From Deltaproteobacteria bacterium (GTDB lineage Bacteria; Desulfobacterota; Desulfomonilia; UBA1062), in the NCBI GenBank assembly GCA_018434685.1, contig JAHDOV010000012.1, positions 1,590 to 65,589 of the forward strand: a DNA stretch of 64,000 nucleotides, written 5' to 3'. The notes under the pieces were generated by a model, which saw nothing but the letters and a program-made list of their open reading frames with translations, was not told where the DNA came from and made no database searches. Both the position numbers and the translations under genes were made by a program. Within the stretch, counting starts at the first letter, position 1. Each line of letters opens with the position of its first letter. Of this stretch, positions 8,609 through 19,148 are shown one piece after another.

Positions 8609-9178
8609 TTGCACACCTCATCAAAGCCATTATTGACTGCCATGGATGAAAACAAGATCACCTGCATGCACCAGGGCAACAGGACGGTTATCCATACCCC
8701 CGTACAGGCCGAGAGCCTGGAAAAGTTCAAGCAGGATTTGCTGGAGAAAGGCTTTACCATCATCAGGGACAGGGCGTTCAGAAAATCCGACCTGCTGAAA
8801 AACGATTGGCCCATCCAGATCACCTTCAGCGCGCAGGAGGGATTCTTTGAACTGACGGCCTCGATGTATATACCCCTGGGCTGGCTCATCTTCCATGCCC
8901 TGGCCGTGATACTGGTCCCCCCTGCCCTGTGGTTTCTGCTGCTGCCCATGAAGCTGGGGGTATTTCTCGATTTTGCCCTGCTCTACCTCCTGATAATGGC
9001 CCTGCCCCTGATTGTCCTCGTGCAGAGAAAGGGCGCCAGGCCGAAACAGGTGTTCGATCTGTCGCCAAAAGACTCCTGGCAGCATGTCCCGAGGCTGAAA
9101 TGGAATACCATCATAAAGAATCTCCTCGAGAACAATTTCGAGGTTATGGTTGATGAAATCGAGTCTGAACCTGTATAA
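8609..9178 (+). CDS. Hypothetical membrane protein
   Basis: A 189-aa ORF with two or three hydrophobic helices. The start is uncertain; MDENK at 8642 is an alternative. Confidence 0.4.
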   Translation: MHTSSKPLLTAMDENKITCMHQGNRTVIHTPVQAESLEKFKQDLLEKGFTIIRDRAFRKSDLLKNDWPIQITFSAQEGFFELTASMYIPLGWLIFHALAVILVPPALWFLLLPMKLGVFLDFALLYLLIMALPLIVLVQRKGARPKQVFDLSPKDSWQHVPRLKWNTIIKNLLENNFEVMVDEIESEPV

Positions 9179-9253
9179 TATCCCCCAACTCGCCGGGAAG
9201 GGACAGCTCACACTCTCAGCCTTCCCGTTGCACCATGCGCAAGGAGATACAGC

Positions 9254-9733
9254 ATGATACTTGAGTATACGCCTATCGGGGTGATCCATTCGCCACATAC
9301 CCGGCTGGAAGGCATGCCCATTCAGCCGTCAGGGGCCGCAGGGATAAAAGGCACGGTCGAGGTCTTTCAGGAGTATGAGCCTGGTCTCAAGGACCTCGAC
9401 GGTTTTTCGCACCTGTTCCTCCTCTATCACTTTCACCGCAACTCGGGATTCAGTCTCGAGGTCACCCCGTTCCTCGACACGGAGAAACGGGGGGTGTTCG
9501 CAACCCGGGCACCGAAACGCCCCAATTCCATCGGCCTTTCCGTGGTCAGGCTCACGGGCGTGGAGGGCAGGATTCTCCAGATCGAGGACGTGGACATTCT
9601 CGACGGCACGCCACTGCTCGACATCAAGCCGTATGTGCCGGCGTTTGACGTAAGACAGTCCGTGCGCACCGGGTGGATCGAGGCCTCTTCCGACAGGGTC
9701 TCCTCTCACAGGTCGGACAAGCGGTTCACCTGA
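9254..9733 (+). CDS. trmO: tRNA (adenine37-N6)-methyltransferase TrmO (YaeB/TsaA family)
   Basis: Family motifs are GFSHLFLLYHFH, NSIGLSVVRL, DGTPLLDIKPYVP. Confidence 0.8.
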   Translation: MILEYTPIGVIHSPHTRLEGMPIQPSGAAGIKGTVEVFQEYEPGLKDLDGFSHLFLLYHFHRNSGFSLEVTPFLDTEKRGVFATRAPKRPNSIGLSVVRLTGVEGRILQIEDVDILDGTPLLDIKPYVPAFDVRQSVRTGWIEASSDRVSSHRSDKRFT

Positions 9734-9983
9734 GCCGGGATGGACCGGGCACGCAGTGTTGAGGGCAGCCGATTCGGCCAGGGCCGTGCTCATCTTCCCT
9801 CTTTCAAAAAAGCCGGGCACGTCTTATAGTCGATCTTTCAATCCGTCTTCGCGTCCGCTACGCCGGACGAGGAGCTTGGGTTAGATTCCCCGCAGCTTGC
9901 TACGGAACGTGGGGCAGGGCTTGCCCTGGGGTTCATACCATTGATTGAACATGCAGTGAAGACAGTTGCAAAGGAGGTAATCC

Positions 9984-10781
9984 GTGTCTGATGATGTAGT
10001 CCTCATGGAAAAGAAGGGGCATGTTGCCACCATCATTCTCAACCGTCCGGAAAAACGAAACTCACTGAACCCGGAAATGCTATTGAAAATGGCGACCCTG
10101 TTTCAAGAACTTGCGCTCAGCGATGACATCCGCACCGTGGTGATCCGCGGACAGGGAGACAGGTCGTTTTCCTCCGGCTATGATCTCTCCGAGATCCCGA
10201 CCGATGTTCCGCCGGAACTCACAGAGGAACTCACAAGGAAAAACCCCCTGGAAATCGGGTTTGAGGCCCTCGAGCGCTATCCTTACCCGGTCATTGCCAT
10301 GATCGACGGCTATGCCTATGGCGCAGGCTGTGAACTGGCCATGACCTGCGATCTGCGGATAGCCTCCGATACCTCGAAAATGGGCATCCCCCCTTCCCGG
10401 CTGGGGCTCGTCTACCGCCCCGAAGGCATACAGAAATTCATCAACATCATGGGCGTGGCACATGCCAAAGAGGCGTTCTTCACCGGGAGGTTTTACGACA
10501 TCCACCAGGCCCGCGAGATGGGGATGGTCAATCATGTTGTCCCGAAGACCGACCTGCATGCCTTCACCTACACCCTGGCCGAAGAGATTGCCGACAACGC
10601 GCCGCTGGCAGTCAAGGGACATAAACGCATCTTCAACTGCCTTCACCATCACCAGGGGATCAGGCCCGAAGACCGGGAGGAGATCAAGAACATAATCCTC
10701 ACATCGCTGAACAGCGAAGACCTCAAGGAAGGGACCCTCGCCTTTCTCGGCAAGAGAAAGGCCCGGTTCAAGGGCAGGTAG
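9984..10781 (+). CDS. Enoyl-CoA hydratase / crotonase family protein
   Basis: A GTG start follows an aaggagg RBS. Crotonase-fold motifs are GYAYGAGCELAMTCDLRIAS. Confidence 0.8.
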   Translation: MSDDVVLMEKKGHVATIILNRPEKRNSLNPEMLLKMATLFQELALSDDIRTVVIRGQGDRSFSSGYDLSEIPTDVPPELTEELTRKNPLEIGFEALERYPYPVIAMIDGYAYGAGCELAMTCDLRIASDTSKMGIPPSRLGLVYRPEGIQKFINIMGVAHAKEAFFTGRFYDIHQAREMGMVNHVVPKTDLHAFTYTLAEEIADNAPLAVKGHKRIFNCLHHHQGIRPEDREEIKNIILTSLNSEDLKEGTLAFLGKRKARFKGR

Positions 10782-10790
10782 CTCGAAGAC

Positions 10791-11684
10791 ATGAAAGCAT
10801 CCAGCCACGAGATACCGCACCTGAGCGGCCTGCACTACCGGCAGGTCGATGTCTTCTCCCAGGGTCCGCTGACCGGCAACGGGCTTGCCGTGTTCTGGGA
10901 GAGCAGCGGCCTTTCTTCAGACCTCATGCACGGCCTCACCCGGGAGCTGCGCCAGTTCGAGTCGATCTTCCTGAGCGCGACCGGGAGGGACAATGCCTTT
11001 GGCGCGCGCATCTTCACGTATGAAGAAGAACTCGACTTTGCCGGGCACCCCATCCTTGGGGCGGCCGCCGTACTCCACGAGCACCATGGAACCGGCCCTG
11101 CAGCTCAGTGGACTTTCGTTTTGAACCGCAAGGATGTCGGGGTGGCCACTACCAGGATCGATGACGGCTACGAAGCGGTCATGGACCAGGGCCGCCCGGA
11201 GTTCGGCCCGCCCTTGAGCCCGGAGCATGCCCTGCCCTTTTTAGAGGCTCTCAATGTATCTCCCCGGCATCGCTCCCGTGACTGCCCGCTCCAGGTCGTC
11301 TCCACAGGGTTGCCGTACCTGATCGTGCCGGTCAGCGGCGGCCTGGAACACACCGGGGTCGTTCGTGCCGGGCTGCAATCCCTGCTGGCAGCGGTCGGTG
11401 CGAAATTCGCCTATGTGCTTGATGTCGATGCCCGGGAGGGGCGGACCTGGGACAACGAGGGCCGTGTGGAAGACATTGCCACGGGCAGTGCTGCAGGGCC
11501 TGCAGGGGCCTATTTATGCAGGCACGGCCGGGCGGTTTGCGCCGAAACCATCGTGCTGCACCAGGGTCGTTTCATGGGAAGGCCGAGCCGCATGGACGTA
11601 CGGGTTGCCGGCAATGCCTCTGAGGTGAACCGGGTTCACGTCAGCGGCCACGTGAACATGATCGCCACGGGCGTTTTCGATTGA
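10791..11684 (+). CDS. PhzF-family isomerase
   Basis: Family motifs are RQVDVFSQGPLTGNGLAVF and the overall PhzF layout. Confidence 0.8.
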   Translation: MKASSHEIPHLSGLHYRQVDVFSQGPLTGNGLAVFWESSGLSSDLMHGLTRELRQFESIFLSATGRDNAFGARIFTYEEELDFAGHPILGAAAVLHEHHGTGPAAQWTFVLNRKDVGVATTRIDDGYEAVMDQGRPEFGPPLSPEHALPFLEALNVSPRHRSRDCPLQVVSTGLPYLIVPVSGGLEHTGVVRAGLQSLLAAVGAKFAYVLDVDAREGRTWDNEGRVEDIATGSAAGPAGAYLCRHGRAVCAETIVLHQGRFMGRPSRMDVRVAGNASEVNRVHVSGHVNMIATGVFD

Positions 11685-12490
11685 GACCGTCGAGAATGCA
11701 GCTGAAAAACCCGAGAACCTACGGGAAGCCCCCCTTCACCGTGGTCCTCGTCCACGGGGGCCCCGGTGCGGGAGGAGAGATGGCCCCGGTAGCGCGCGAA
11801 CTCGCATCCGAGCGCGGCATCCTGGAACCCATTCAGACAAAGGCATCGCTTGCCGGCCAGATCGAAGAGCTCAGGGGCGCCATCGAGACCGCCGGCAGCC
11901 TTCCGGTCACCGTGGTGGGCTTTTCCTGGGGGGCGTGGCTCGGTCTTCTCTGCGCCGCCAGGTATCCCGAACTGGTGAAGAAACTGATCCTCGTCTCGAG
12001 CGGACCCTATGAAGCACGCTATGCATCACAGATACTTCAGACCCGGCTTGAACGTCTGAGTGAAGACGACAAGGCCGAGCTCGTCAAAGCCATGGACCTC
12101 CTGAACAGCCCCAGCGCAGGAGACAAAGACGCGGCGTTTGCCCGGTTCGGGGCCATCTTCACCAGGGCGGATGCCTATGATCCGATCTCGGGCGAATCAG
12201 AAGCGGTCCATCATTCCTATGCCATCTATCGGGGCGTGTGGAAGGATGCCGAGAACCTGAGAAAGAGCGGGGAGCTCCTGGAACTGGCAAAACAGGTCAG
12301 GTGCCCGGTGGTGGCCCTGCACGGCGATTACGATCCGCATCCGGCAGAAGGAGTCTGCACACCGCTGTCCGCTGTCGTACCGGACTTCCGGTTCATCCTC
12401 CTGGAAAAGTGCGGTCACATGCCCTGGATCGAACGACAGGCCCGGCAGTCGTTCTACACCGTCCTGAGGCACGAACTGTCCGGGGACTAG
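11681..12490 (+). CDS. Alpha/beta hydrolase (S33-like, VLVHGGPGAGG)
   Basis: It has the HGGPG motif and a GFSWGAW nucleophile elbow, and it overlaps the stop of PhzF. Confidence 0.75.
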   Translation: MRPSRMQLKNPRTYGKPPFTVVLVHGGPGAGGEMAPVARELASERGILEPIQTKASLAGQIEELRGAIETAGSLPVTVVGFSWGAWLGLLCAARYPELVKKLILVSSGPYEARYASQILQTRLERLSEDDKAELVKAMDLLNSPSAGDKDAAFARFGAIFTRADAYDPISGESEAVHHSYAIYRGVWKDAENLRKSGELLELAKQVRCPVVALHGDYDPHPAEGVCTPLSAVVPDFRFILLEKCGHMPWIERQARQSFYTVLRHELSGD

Positions 12491-12721
12491 AAAGACCCTC
12501 TCACGTCTGGCCGGACAACCGCCCGGCCATCATTCAAACTGTTCCTTATATGAAATAACCCCGCCCCGGGCAAAGACAATATCACTGCCCCCCTGTCCGA
12601 AGCAGCCCGCACCCCTTTCCCGGGAGGCAGATGGGCAGCCTGCATCCACCGAGGCAAACAAAATATTTCTGTCGAGGCCTGCCCGGGCAATGTGCTATGC
12701 TCGGTCACACAGGCTATCGGA

Positions 12722-13243
12722 ATGAGGATAAAAAAGCGCACATGGGGTCTCATCATACTCTGCACGATCATCGCGACAGGGTATCTCCTGCCCGAGCAAC
12801 TCATCATTCCCGTTGCCGGCGCGACACCGTCCGACTGGAACCACAAGACCTTCTGGTATGAGCCCTGGGGTTCTTCCAGGGTGCACAAGGGCATCGACAT
12901 CTTTGCGAAAAGAGACACCCCGGTGCTGTCCGCATCGATGGGCATCGTCGTGTTCAATGGCCAGCGGACAAAGGGTGGAAATGTTGTCGCCGTACTGGGC
13001 CCCCGGTGGAGAATCCACTACTATTCCCACCTCGCAAGGTCGACAACACGTCTGTTGACCCCGGTCCTGCCAGGTTCGACGATCGGCGAGGTTGGGGACA
13101 GCGGCAATGCAAAGGGCAAGCCGACCCACCTCCATTACGGCATCATCACGGCGATTCCCTATCCCTGGCGGTGGGACAGCAGCACCCTGGGATGGAAAAA
13201 GATGTTCTTCCTCGATCCCGGCGAACGGCTCCTCAACAGGTAA
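12722..13243 (+). CDS. M23 family metallopeptidase
   Basis: M23 motifs are HKGIDIFA, GNVVAV and THLHYGI, with an N-terminal TM helix. Confidence 0.7.
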   Translation: MRIKKRTWGLIILCTIIATGYLLPEQLIIPVAGATPSDWNHKTFWYEPWGSSRVHKGIDIFAKRDTPVLSASMGIVVFNGQRTKGGNVVAVLGPRWRIHYYSHLARSTTRLLTPVLPGSTIGEVGDSGNAKGKPTHLHYGIITAIPYPWRWDSSTLGWKKMFFLDPGERLLNR

Positions 13244-13389
13244 ACCCCTTCTCAAGCACTCCTGCAGTGTGTTTTCCCCCGGTGCCCGGGCTGATCTTGC
13301 CTTTTGCTTTTTCCGATCCCGTGGGGTACAATCACGGCTCGTTCCCGATCGTGTCCGGTCGGGTCACGAACAATGAAGGTGGCGTGGCG

Positions 13390-14088
13390 ATGAAGTCATA
13401 CAGGTTCCGCATCGTCCTTGTCTGCGCGGTCATGCTCGTCTGTGCGCTGAGGGCACCTGTCCTGGCCGAGAGCGAGTGGGAGCAGCACACTGCGGTACAG
13501 GTCATGCTCGGCGCCTCCCGGTACGACGACCTGGCCTTTGAATTCGCAAGCAGAGAAGACCCTGACGTGGTTGCCATCTCGGAGTTCACCTGGGTGCCCC
13601 TCCTGGGGATAGGCGGACAGTTGCCCTTCAGGAAGGGTGATATCGACATGGGGCTCGAGGGAGGGGTGCTGTTTGGCTGGCGAAGTGAGCGCATAAGCGC
13701 CTACGCCACGAACACGAGCATCTCGGTGCACATCAGGAGCTCCCTGTTCCTGACAGACCTCTTCATGGGTCCGTATGCGAGCGCCAGACTAGGCCGGCAT
13801 TCACGGATCTATGCCGGCATCGGGCCCCTGCTGCTGTTTGGCCAGTATGACCGAAAAAGCGACGGAAACTCGGACACGGCACCCTACCATGAGCATGCCG
13901 ACGAGACATCCTCGGCCTTTGGCGTGGGGGTTTATGCCCGCACGGGCATCGAATTCCGGCTGCCCGACGATTCCTGGATGGGAATCGGCCTGCGGGTGTT
14001 TACCTCGGATCTGGATTTTGACACGGTACCGGGGACGACAACACTCAGGGGTATCCAGGGTATGATTACGTATACCGTGGGGCTCTGA
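13390..14088 (+). CDS. Hypothetical outer-membrane beta-barrel-like protein
   Basis: It has a signal peptide (MKSYRFRIVLVCAVMLVCALRAPVLA), alternating hydrophobic strands, and C-terminal ...ITYTVGL. Confidence 0.5.
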   Translation: MKSYRFRIVLVCAVMLVCALRAPVLAESEWEQHTAVQVMLGASRYDDLAFEFASREDPDVVAISEFTWVPLLGIGGQLPFRKGDIDMGLEGGVLFGWRSERISAYATNTSISVHIRSSLFLTDLFMGPYASARLGRHSRIYAGIGPLLLFGQYDRKSDGNSDTAPYHEHADETSSAFGVGVYARTGIEFRLPDDSWMGIGLRVFTSDLDFDTVPGTTTLRGIQGMITYTVGL

Positions 14089-14341
14089 GGATAAGGTCGT
14101 CCCCGGGGAATCAGCCTTGTCCGGTAACGCAGGCATCACTTAGACCAGGGAGCACCCCTGCCTGCTGATGAAGATTTCCTGCCGTGGTCATGAATACCCC
14201 CGCAGGGAGATCTTTCCTTAAGGATTTGAATTATTATAATGTAACGAAGCGCCCCAAAGAGCATGGCCGGCATCCGGTCCCTTCACGAAGACACAGCACC
14301 TGCAGTGTACGCAGTATCACTCCACCCGGGGTTTTGGAGGT

Positions 14342-15253
14342 ATGCCTATAATGGACTATGATTTCAGAGAACTCGTCGAGAACATATACGACGGGTTGTA
14401 TATCACCGATGCGGACAGGAGGATAACCTTCTGGAACAAGGCAGCGCAGAGAATCACCGGCTATGCCGCAGAGGAGGTTGTCGGGTCGCGCTGCTGTGAC
14501 AACATACTCATCCATGTCGACAGCAGGGGAAACAACCTTTGCCGGGACATGTGCCCGCTGGCGGAAACCATACAGGACGGCATCTCCCGGGAGCTGGAGG
14601 TGTATCTTCACCACAAGGATGGTTACCGGGTGCCGGTGTGGATCCGGATCACCCCGCAGATGGACGCACACGGAAAGATCATGGGCGCCGTGCAGCTGTT
14701 CACCGACATCAGCTCACGGGACGCCTCGCTCCTGAGAATCAAGGAACTCGAAGCCCTTGCCTTCCTGGACCATCTGACACAGCTCGGCAACAGACGCTAC
14801 ATAGAACTGGAGCTCGAGGGCAGGTTTGCAGAGATGAATCGCTATGGCCTGTCGTTCGGGATCCTGTTCATGGATATCGATCTTTTCAAGACGATTAACG
14901 ATACCCATGGTCATGATGTCGGAGACAAGGTGCTCATGACCGTGAGCCGGACCATGATACACACCGCACGGCCGTTTGACCTGTTCGGCCGATGGGGCGG
15001 CGACGAGTTCATCGCGATTATCCGCAACGTGGACAGCTCGACCCTTTCAGAAGTGGGAGAACGGGTGCGTTTTCTCGTGGAGAAGACCCAGGTGCAGACA
15101 GGGGACAAGACGCTCACTGTGACCATGTCGCTGGGTGCTACGATGGCTGGTGCCACCGACACCGGGGAATCTCTCATCAAACGGGCCGACACGCTCATGT
15201 ACCGGAGCAAGGAGAACGGCCGGAACCGGCTGACCACGGACCGGCGGTCCTGA
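14342..15253 (+). CDS. PAS-domain diguanylate cyclase (GGDEF)
   Basis: An N-terminal PAS domain is followed by a GGDEF domain containing RWGGDEF. Confidence 0.85.
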   Translation: MPIMDYDFRELVENIYDGLYITDADRRITFWNKAAQRITGYAAEEVVGSRCCDNILIHVDSRGNNLCRDMCPLAETIQDGISRELEVYLHHKDGYRVPVWIRITPQMDAHGKIMGAVQLFTDISSRDASLLRIKELEALAFLDHLTQLGNRRYIELELEGRFAEMNRYGLSFGILFMDIDLFKTINDTHGHDVGDKVLMTVSRTMIHTARPFDLFGRWGGDEFIAIIRNVDSSTLSEVGERVRFLVEKTQVQTGDKTLTVTMSLGATMAGATDTGESLIKRADTLMYRSKENGRNRLTTDRRS

Positions 15254-15361
15254 TGCCCCGGTCTCTCGCCCGAGACCCAAACCCGATTGAAATCAGGGAG
15301 GAATCTGTCGCGTGGTTGGTGTATAGAGAGATAACCATATGCACTGATTCTACTGGAAGGA

Positions 15362-15574
15362 GTGAACATGAAGGAAGATACCATTAGCGAAAAAGACCGT
15401 AAAATGGCGCAGAGGTGCGTGGAGTGCCCGGTGTGCCGCAGGGCGAGAATCAGCCAGAAAGGCTTTGCCTTCTGGTTTGTCAAGACCATCGAAGACGGGC
15501 TGTGCCCCTACTGCAGGGCGTATGAGCGGGTCTACGGCCGCAAGGCTCACGAGACCGTGCCGGCCGGCCGGTAA
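15362..15574 (+). CDS. Small zinc-ribbon-like protein (CVECPVC ... CPYC)
   Basis: A 70-aa ORF follows a ggaaggag RBS and has two CxxC pairs. Confidence 0.45.
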   Translation: MNMKEDTISEKDRKMAQRCVECPVCRRARISQKGFAFWFVKTIEDGLCPYCRAYERVYGRKAHETVPAGR

Positions 15575-15597
15575 CGAGAGAGGACAGTCAGCATACT

Positions 15598-16452
15598 ATG
15601 GACATCCAGATCCTGCAGACCATGGCAGCGGAGCTCCAGGCCTTCACGCCGACCGACTTCATTTCCATCGGCACCCTCGCAATACTGGAGGGGATCCTCT
15701 CGGTGGACAACTCCCTCGTGCTGGCAATCCTCGTTCGTTCGCTGCCGAAAGCACAGCAGAAAAAGGCGCTCACCTACGGCATTGTCGGGGCCTTCATCTT
15801 CCGCCTGATAGCGCTCATCTTTGCGGTACACCTGATACAGTTCGTCATATTCAAGATAATCGGCGGGTTGTACCTCGTCTACCTCGCCATGAAGCACATG
15901 TTCTTCTTCTACAAGGAGGATGCCCATCAGGCCAGACCAAAGGTGGCGAGCAGCTTCTGGAAGACAGTCGTGGTCGTCGAGCTCACCGACATCGCCTTCT
16001 CCATCGACAGCATCACCACGGCCGTGGCCATGAGCAACAAGCTGCTGATCATCTGGCTCGGCGGCATCATGGGTATCATATTCCTGCGCTTTGCCGCGTC
16101 GTTCTTCATCCGCATCCTGGAGTTCCTGCCCAAGCTGGAAGACCTTGCCTACCAGCTCATCTTCTTTATCGGGACGAAACTGCTCCTGGAAGGATTCCAT
16201 ATCGAGATCGCGCATTCGATCTTCTGGATGATGATGGGCGTGATCGTTGTCCTCGGTTCGGCCCTGGTCTGGCGCGACTACTACCAGAAGAAGAGCAGCA
16301 CCAGCCACCATAACCGCCTGCTGGAGCAGCTCAGGGCGGGAGAGATCTCTGTTGAGGACGTGCTCGCCATGGAATACGTGCCGAGAGACATCATCGCCTA
16401 TCTGCGGGCCGAGAGGTTCATAACGATCCAGGCGCCCGATCCGGGGAGATGA
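15598..16452 (+). CDS. TerC family integral membrane protein
   Basis: It has multiple TM helices and a TerC-like GILSVDNSLVLAIL motif. Confidence 0.8.
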   Translation: MDIQILQTMAAELQAFTPTDFISIGTLAILEGILSVDNSLVLAILVRSLPKAQQKKALTYGIVGAFIFRLIALIFAVHLIQFVIFKIIGGLYLVYLAMKHMFFFYKEDAHQARPKVASSFWKTVVVVELTDIAFSIDSITTAVAMSNKLLIIWLGGIMGIIFLRFAASFFIRILEFLPKLEDLAYQLIFFIGTKLLLEGFHIEIAHSIFWMMMGVIVVLGSALVWRDYYQKKSSTSHHNRLLEQLRAGEISVEDVLAMEYVPRDIIAYLRAERFITIQAPDPGR

Positions 16453-16564
16453 TCGTCCGGGACTTCACCGGCCGGGATCAACCGCAACTGCGGTGGGCAA
16501 GAGCCCCCAGGGGCTGATCCGCCTGTATTCTTGTCTTCACGATTGTGCTATATCTGTTGAGGTT

Positions 16565-17182
16565 ATGCTGCAAAGGGTGAGAAAAATATTGCTGTTCGAC
16601 GAGCACGTATGCCCCTGGTGGCTTGGGTACTTCTTCGACAACCCTCTTCGCAGACTCTTCCACAAGCCGGATGCACTCTTCAGGCCCTACCTGGGCCCCG
16701 GCATGACCGCCGTTGACATAGGCTGCGGCATGGGGTTCTCCACCATCGCCATGGCAGCGATCGTCGGGGCAGCAGGCAGGGTCATCGCCGCGGACCTCCA
16801 GCCCCAGATGCTCTCCATAGTGCACAGGCGGGCCACAAAGGCAGGGGTTGCCGACAGGATAGAGCTCCATCAGTGCCTGAGCGACCGCCTCGGCATTACC
16901 GCCACGGCAGACTTCGCGCTCACGTTCTGGATGGCCCATGAGGTGCCCCATCTTGAGGCGTTCATGGAAGAGATCCATTCCCTCCTCAAACCCGGGGGGA
17001 GCTACCTGCTCGTGGAGCCTGCAGTTCATGTGGGTGCCAGGCGCTTCGAAGAGATATCCGGACATGCGCTCCAGGCAGGGTTCGTGCCTGCAGCCAGGCC
17101 GGAGATAGCCTTCAGCCGGGCTGTGGCATTCGAGAAACCAGGCATAATCCATTCTGCAGCGGCGCACCACACTGATCGATGA
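16565..17182 (+). CDS. Class I SAM-dependent methyltransferase
   Basis: Motif I is VDIGCGMGFSTIAMA. Confidence 0.7.
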   Translation: MLQRVRKILLFDEHVCPWWLGYFFDNPLRRLFHKPDALFRPYLGPGMTAVDIGCGMGFSTIAMAAIVGAAGRVIAADLQPQMLSIVHRRATKAGVADRIELHQCLSDRLGITATADFALTFWMAHEVPHLEAFMEEIHSLLKPGGSYLLVEPAVHVGARRFEEISGHALQAGFVPAARPEIAFSRAVAFEKPGIIHSAAAHHTDR

Positions 17183-18066
17183 AGGACCAGTCCAGGGCAT
17201 ATCTCTTCGGCATCGCTACCGTGCTGCTGTGGTCCACCGTTGCATCGGCCTTCAAGCTCTCGCTGAACTATCTCGCCCCGATCCAGCTCCTGCTCTATTC
17301 CTGTGTCACCTCGATCCTCGTACTGAGCGCCATCCTCGTCATCCAGGGCAGATTTTCCTCGATCTTTTCCTATACGCGCCGGCAATATGTGCATTCGCTC
17401 GTGCTCGGATTCATCAATCCCTTTCTCTACTACCTCGTCCTGTTCAAGGCATACGACCTGCTGCCCGCGCAGGTGGCGCAACCCCTCAATTACACCTGGG
17501 CGCTCACCCTTGCCTTCCTGTCCATCCCCTTGTTGAAGCAGACAATCGGGGTCCGCGAGATCTGTGCCGGGCTCGTATGCTACTGCGGGGTGGTCATTAT
17601 CTCCACGCACGGAGACATCGGCAACCTCACGGCGTCCGACCCGCTGGGCGTTGCCCTGGCGCTCGGGAGCACCGTGATCTGGTCCCTGTACTGGATCTAC
17701 AACACCCGGGATGCCAGGGATCCGGTGGCGAGCCTCCTGCTCAATTTCCTCTTCGCCCTGCCCTTTATTGCCCTGTACTGCCTGGTCTTCTCAGATCTCA
17801 GGGTGAGCAGCCTCCAGGGCCTGCTCGGCGCGGCATACGTGGGGCTGTTCGAGATGGGCATCACCTTCGTGCTGTGGCTCAACGCGCTGAGGCTCTCGGA
17901 AAACACGGCAAAAGTCGGCTACCTGATCTTCTTCTCGCCGTTTCTCTCGCTCATCTTCATCCACGTTCTCGTGGGAGAAGACATCATGAAATCCACGTTC
18001 ATCGGGCTGGTGCTCATCGTGGGCGGCCTCATCATCCAGCAGATCAGACCTGCCCGCCGGGCCTGA
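17179..18066 (+). CDS. EamA/DMT family transporter
   Basis: Ten TM helices in duplicated EamA arrangement. It overlaps the stop of the upstream gene. Confidence 0.8.
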   Translation: MKDQSRAYLFGIATVLLWSTVASAFKLSLNYLAPIQLLLYSCVTSILVLSAILVIQGRFSSIFSYTRRQYVHSLVLGFINPFLYYLVLFKAYDLLPAQVAQPLNYTWALTLAFLSIPLLKQTIGVREICAGLVCYCGVVIISTHGDIGNLTASDPLGVALALGSTVIWSLYWIYNTRDARDPVASLLLNFLFALPFIALYCLVFSDLRVSSLQGLLGAAYVGLFEMGITFVLWLNALRLSENTAKVGYLIFFSPFLSLIFIHVLVGEDIMKSTFIGLVLIVGGLIIQQIRPARRA

Positions 18067-18104
18067 GCGCCCGGTGGCCAGAGCAGTGATTTCTCAGCCC
18101 CGGC

Positions 18105-18821
18105 TCAGAACATCTTCACCTTACCGAGAAACTTATGGAAGCCCTCCCGCTCGCACCGGAGTGCCTCGTCCAGGCTGACCCGGTTCTTTGTCTCGATCAA
18201 TGCCTTGATCTCGAGCATGATGTCCTGGTTCACCGCACATATGTCCAGGGCAATCTCCCGGGCCCGGGGGATCAGGTCCGCAGGTGGCACCACCTCGTTC
18301 ACCAGCCCGCACCGCAGCGCATCCTGGGCTGCCAGGGGTTTGCAGGTAAACGACAGCTGCTTTGCCATTCTCTGTCCGACGGCCTGCTGCAGCAACTGGG
18401 TCATCCCCCATCCCGGATGGATGCCCACCTTTGCATGGGAATCTATAAACCGGGCATTTTCCGAGGCGATGAGGAAATCACAGTTCAGCGCGAGCTCAAA
18501 TCCGCCGGTGATGGCATTGCCGTTGATCGCCCCGATGATGGGTTTTGTGCAGGCCTGAAAGACATCCGGCATATCCTTCCCGTCACCCCGCGGATCGAGC
18601 AGATTATCCTTGCCGAGAACAGCCAGATCGATCCCGGAGCAGAAGGACCTGCCGTTGCCGGTTATGATGGCAACCTTGATCTCACTGTTCCCCGCCACTT
18701 CATCGATATAATCATAGAGATGAATAAGGAGGTCCTGGCAGATGGAATTATGCCTCTCAGTACGGTTCAGGGTGATCAGTGCTACTGAATCCTGCACTTC
18801 AAACAATACGGTCTTCTCCAC
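18105..18821 (-). CDS. Enoyl-CoA hydratase / isomerase family protein
   Basis: Crotonase-fold motifs are ITGNGRSFCSGIDL and GGFELALNCDFLIAS. Confidence 0.8.
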   Translation of the reverse strand: MEKTVLFEVQDSVALITLNRTERHNSICQDLLIHLYDYIDEVAGNSEIKVAIITGNGRSFCSGIDLAVLGKDNLLDPRGDGKDMPDVFQACTKPIIGAINGNAITGGFELALNCDFLIASENARFIDSHAKVGIHPGWGMTQLLQQAVGQRMAKQLSFTCKPLAAQDALRCGLVNEVVPPADLIPRAREIALDICAVNQDIMLEIKALIETKNRVSLDEALRCEREGFHKFLGKVKMF

Positions 18822-19148
18822 GGCAGCTCTCCTTTCTTATGAAAAATGTAATCAACAAACCTATGGCACCCTTATAACTCTTTTTATTCCTTAGAGGAAA
18901 TTTATTATCCAGGATTCTGCCCCTTAAGGGGATACAACCCGTTCCAAGGGATGAAGATGGCGGCCTGAGAAGCCGGGGCGTATCCCGGGTCAGTGCCCGG
19001 CAGGTCTGGCGTGTCCCCGGGTTCATCGAGGGGGAGGCAGCGGCAGATTGAGACTTGAAAGATTCGCATATCCTGCTATTAAGCTAAGAGGTCATTTATC
19101 CGAAAGGTAGTGTATGAACAAGACTGAAGCCTCCGAGGACCGTAACCC

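Noticed and set aside
9780-9983. A possible tRNA or small RNA in the 250-nt gap before the crotonase gene (gggttagattcccc resembles a T-loop)
   Set aside because: No cloverleaf could be built: the T-stem and acceptor-stem complements are absent. No conserved riboswitch signature was recognised either.
17229-18089. A 286-aa plus-strand ORF
   Set aside because: It is an alternative frame of the EamA transporter gene. It is Arg/Pro-rich, typical of GC-rich off-frame translation.
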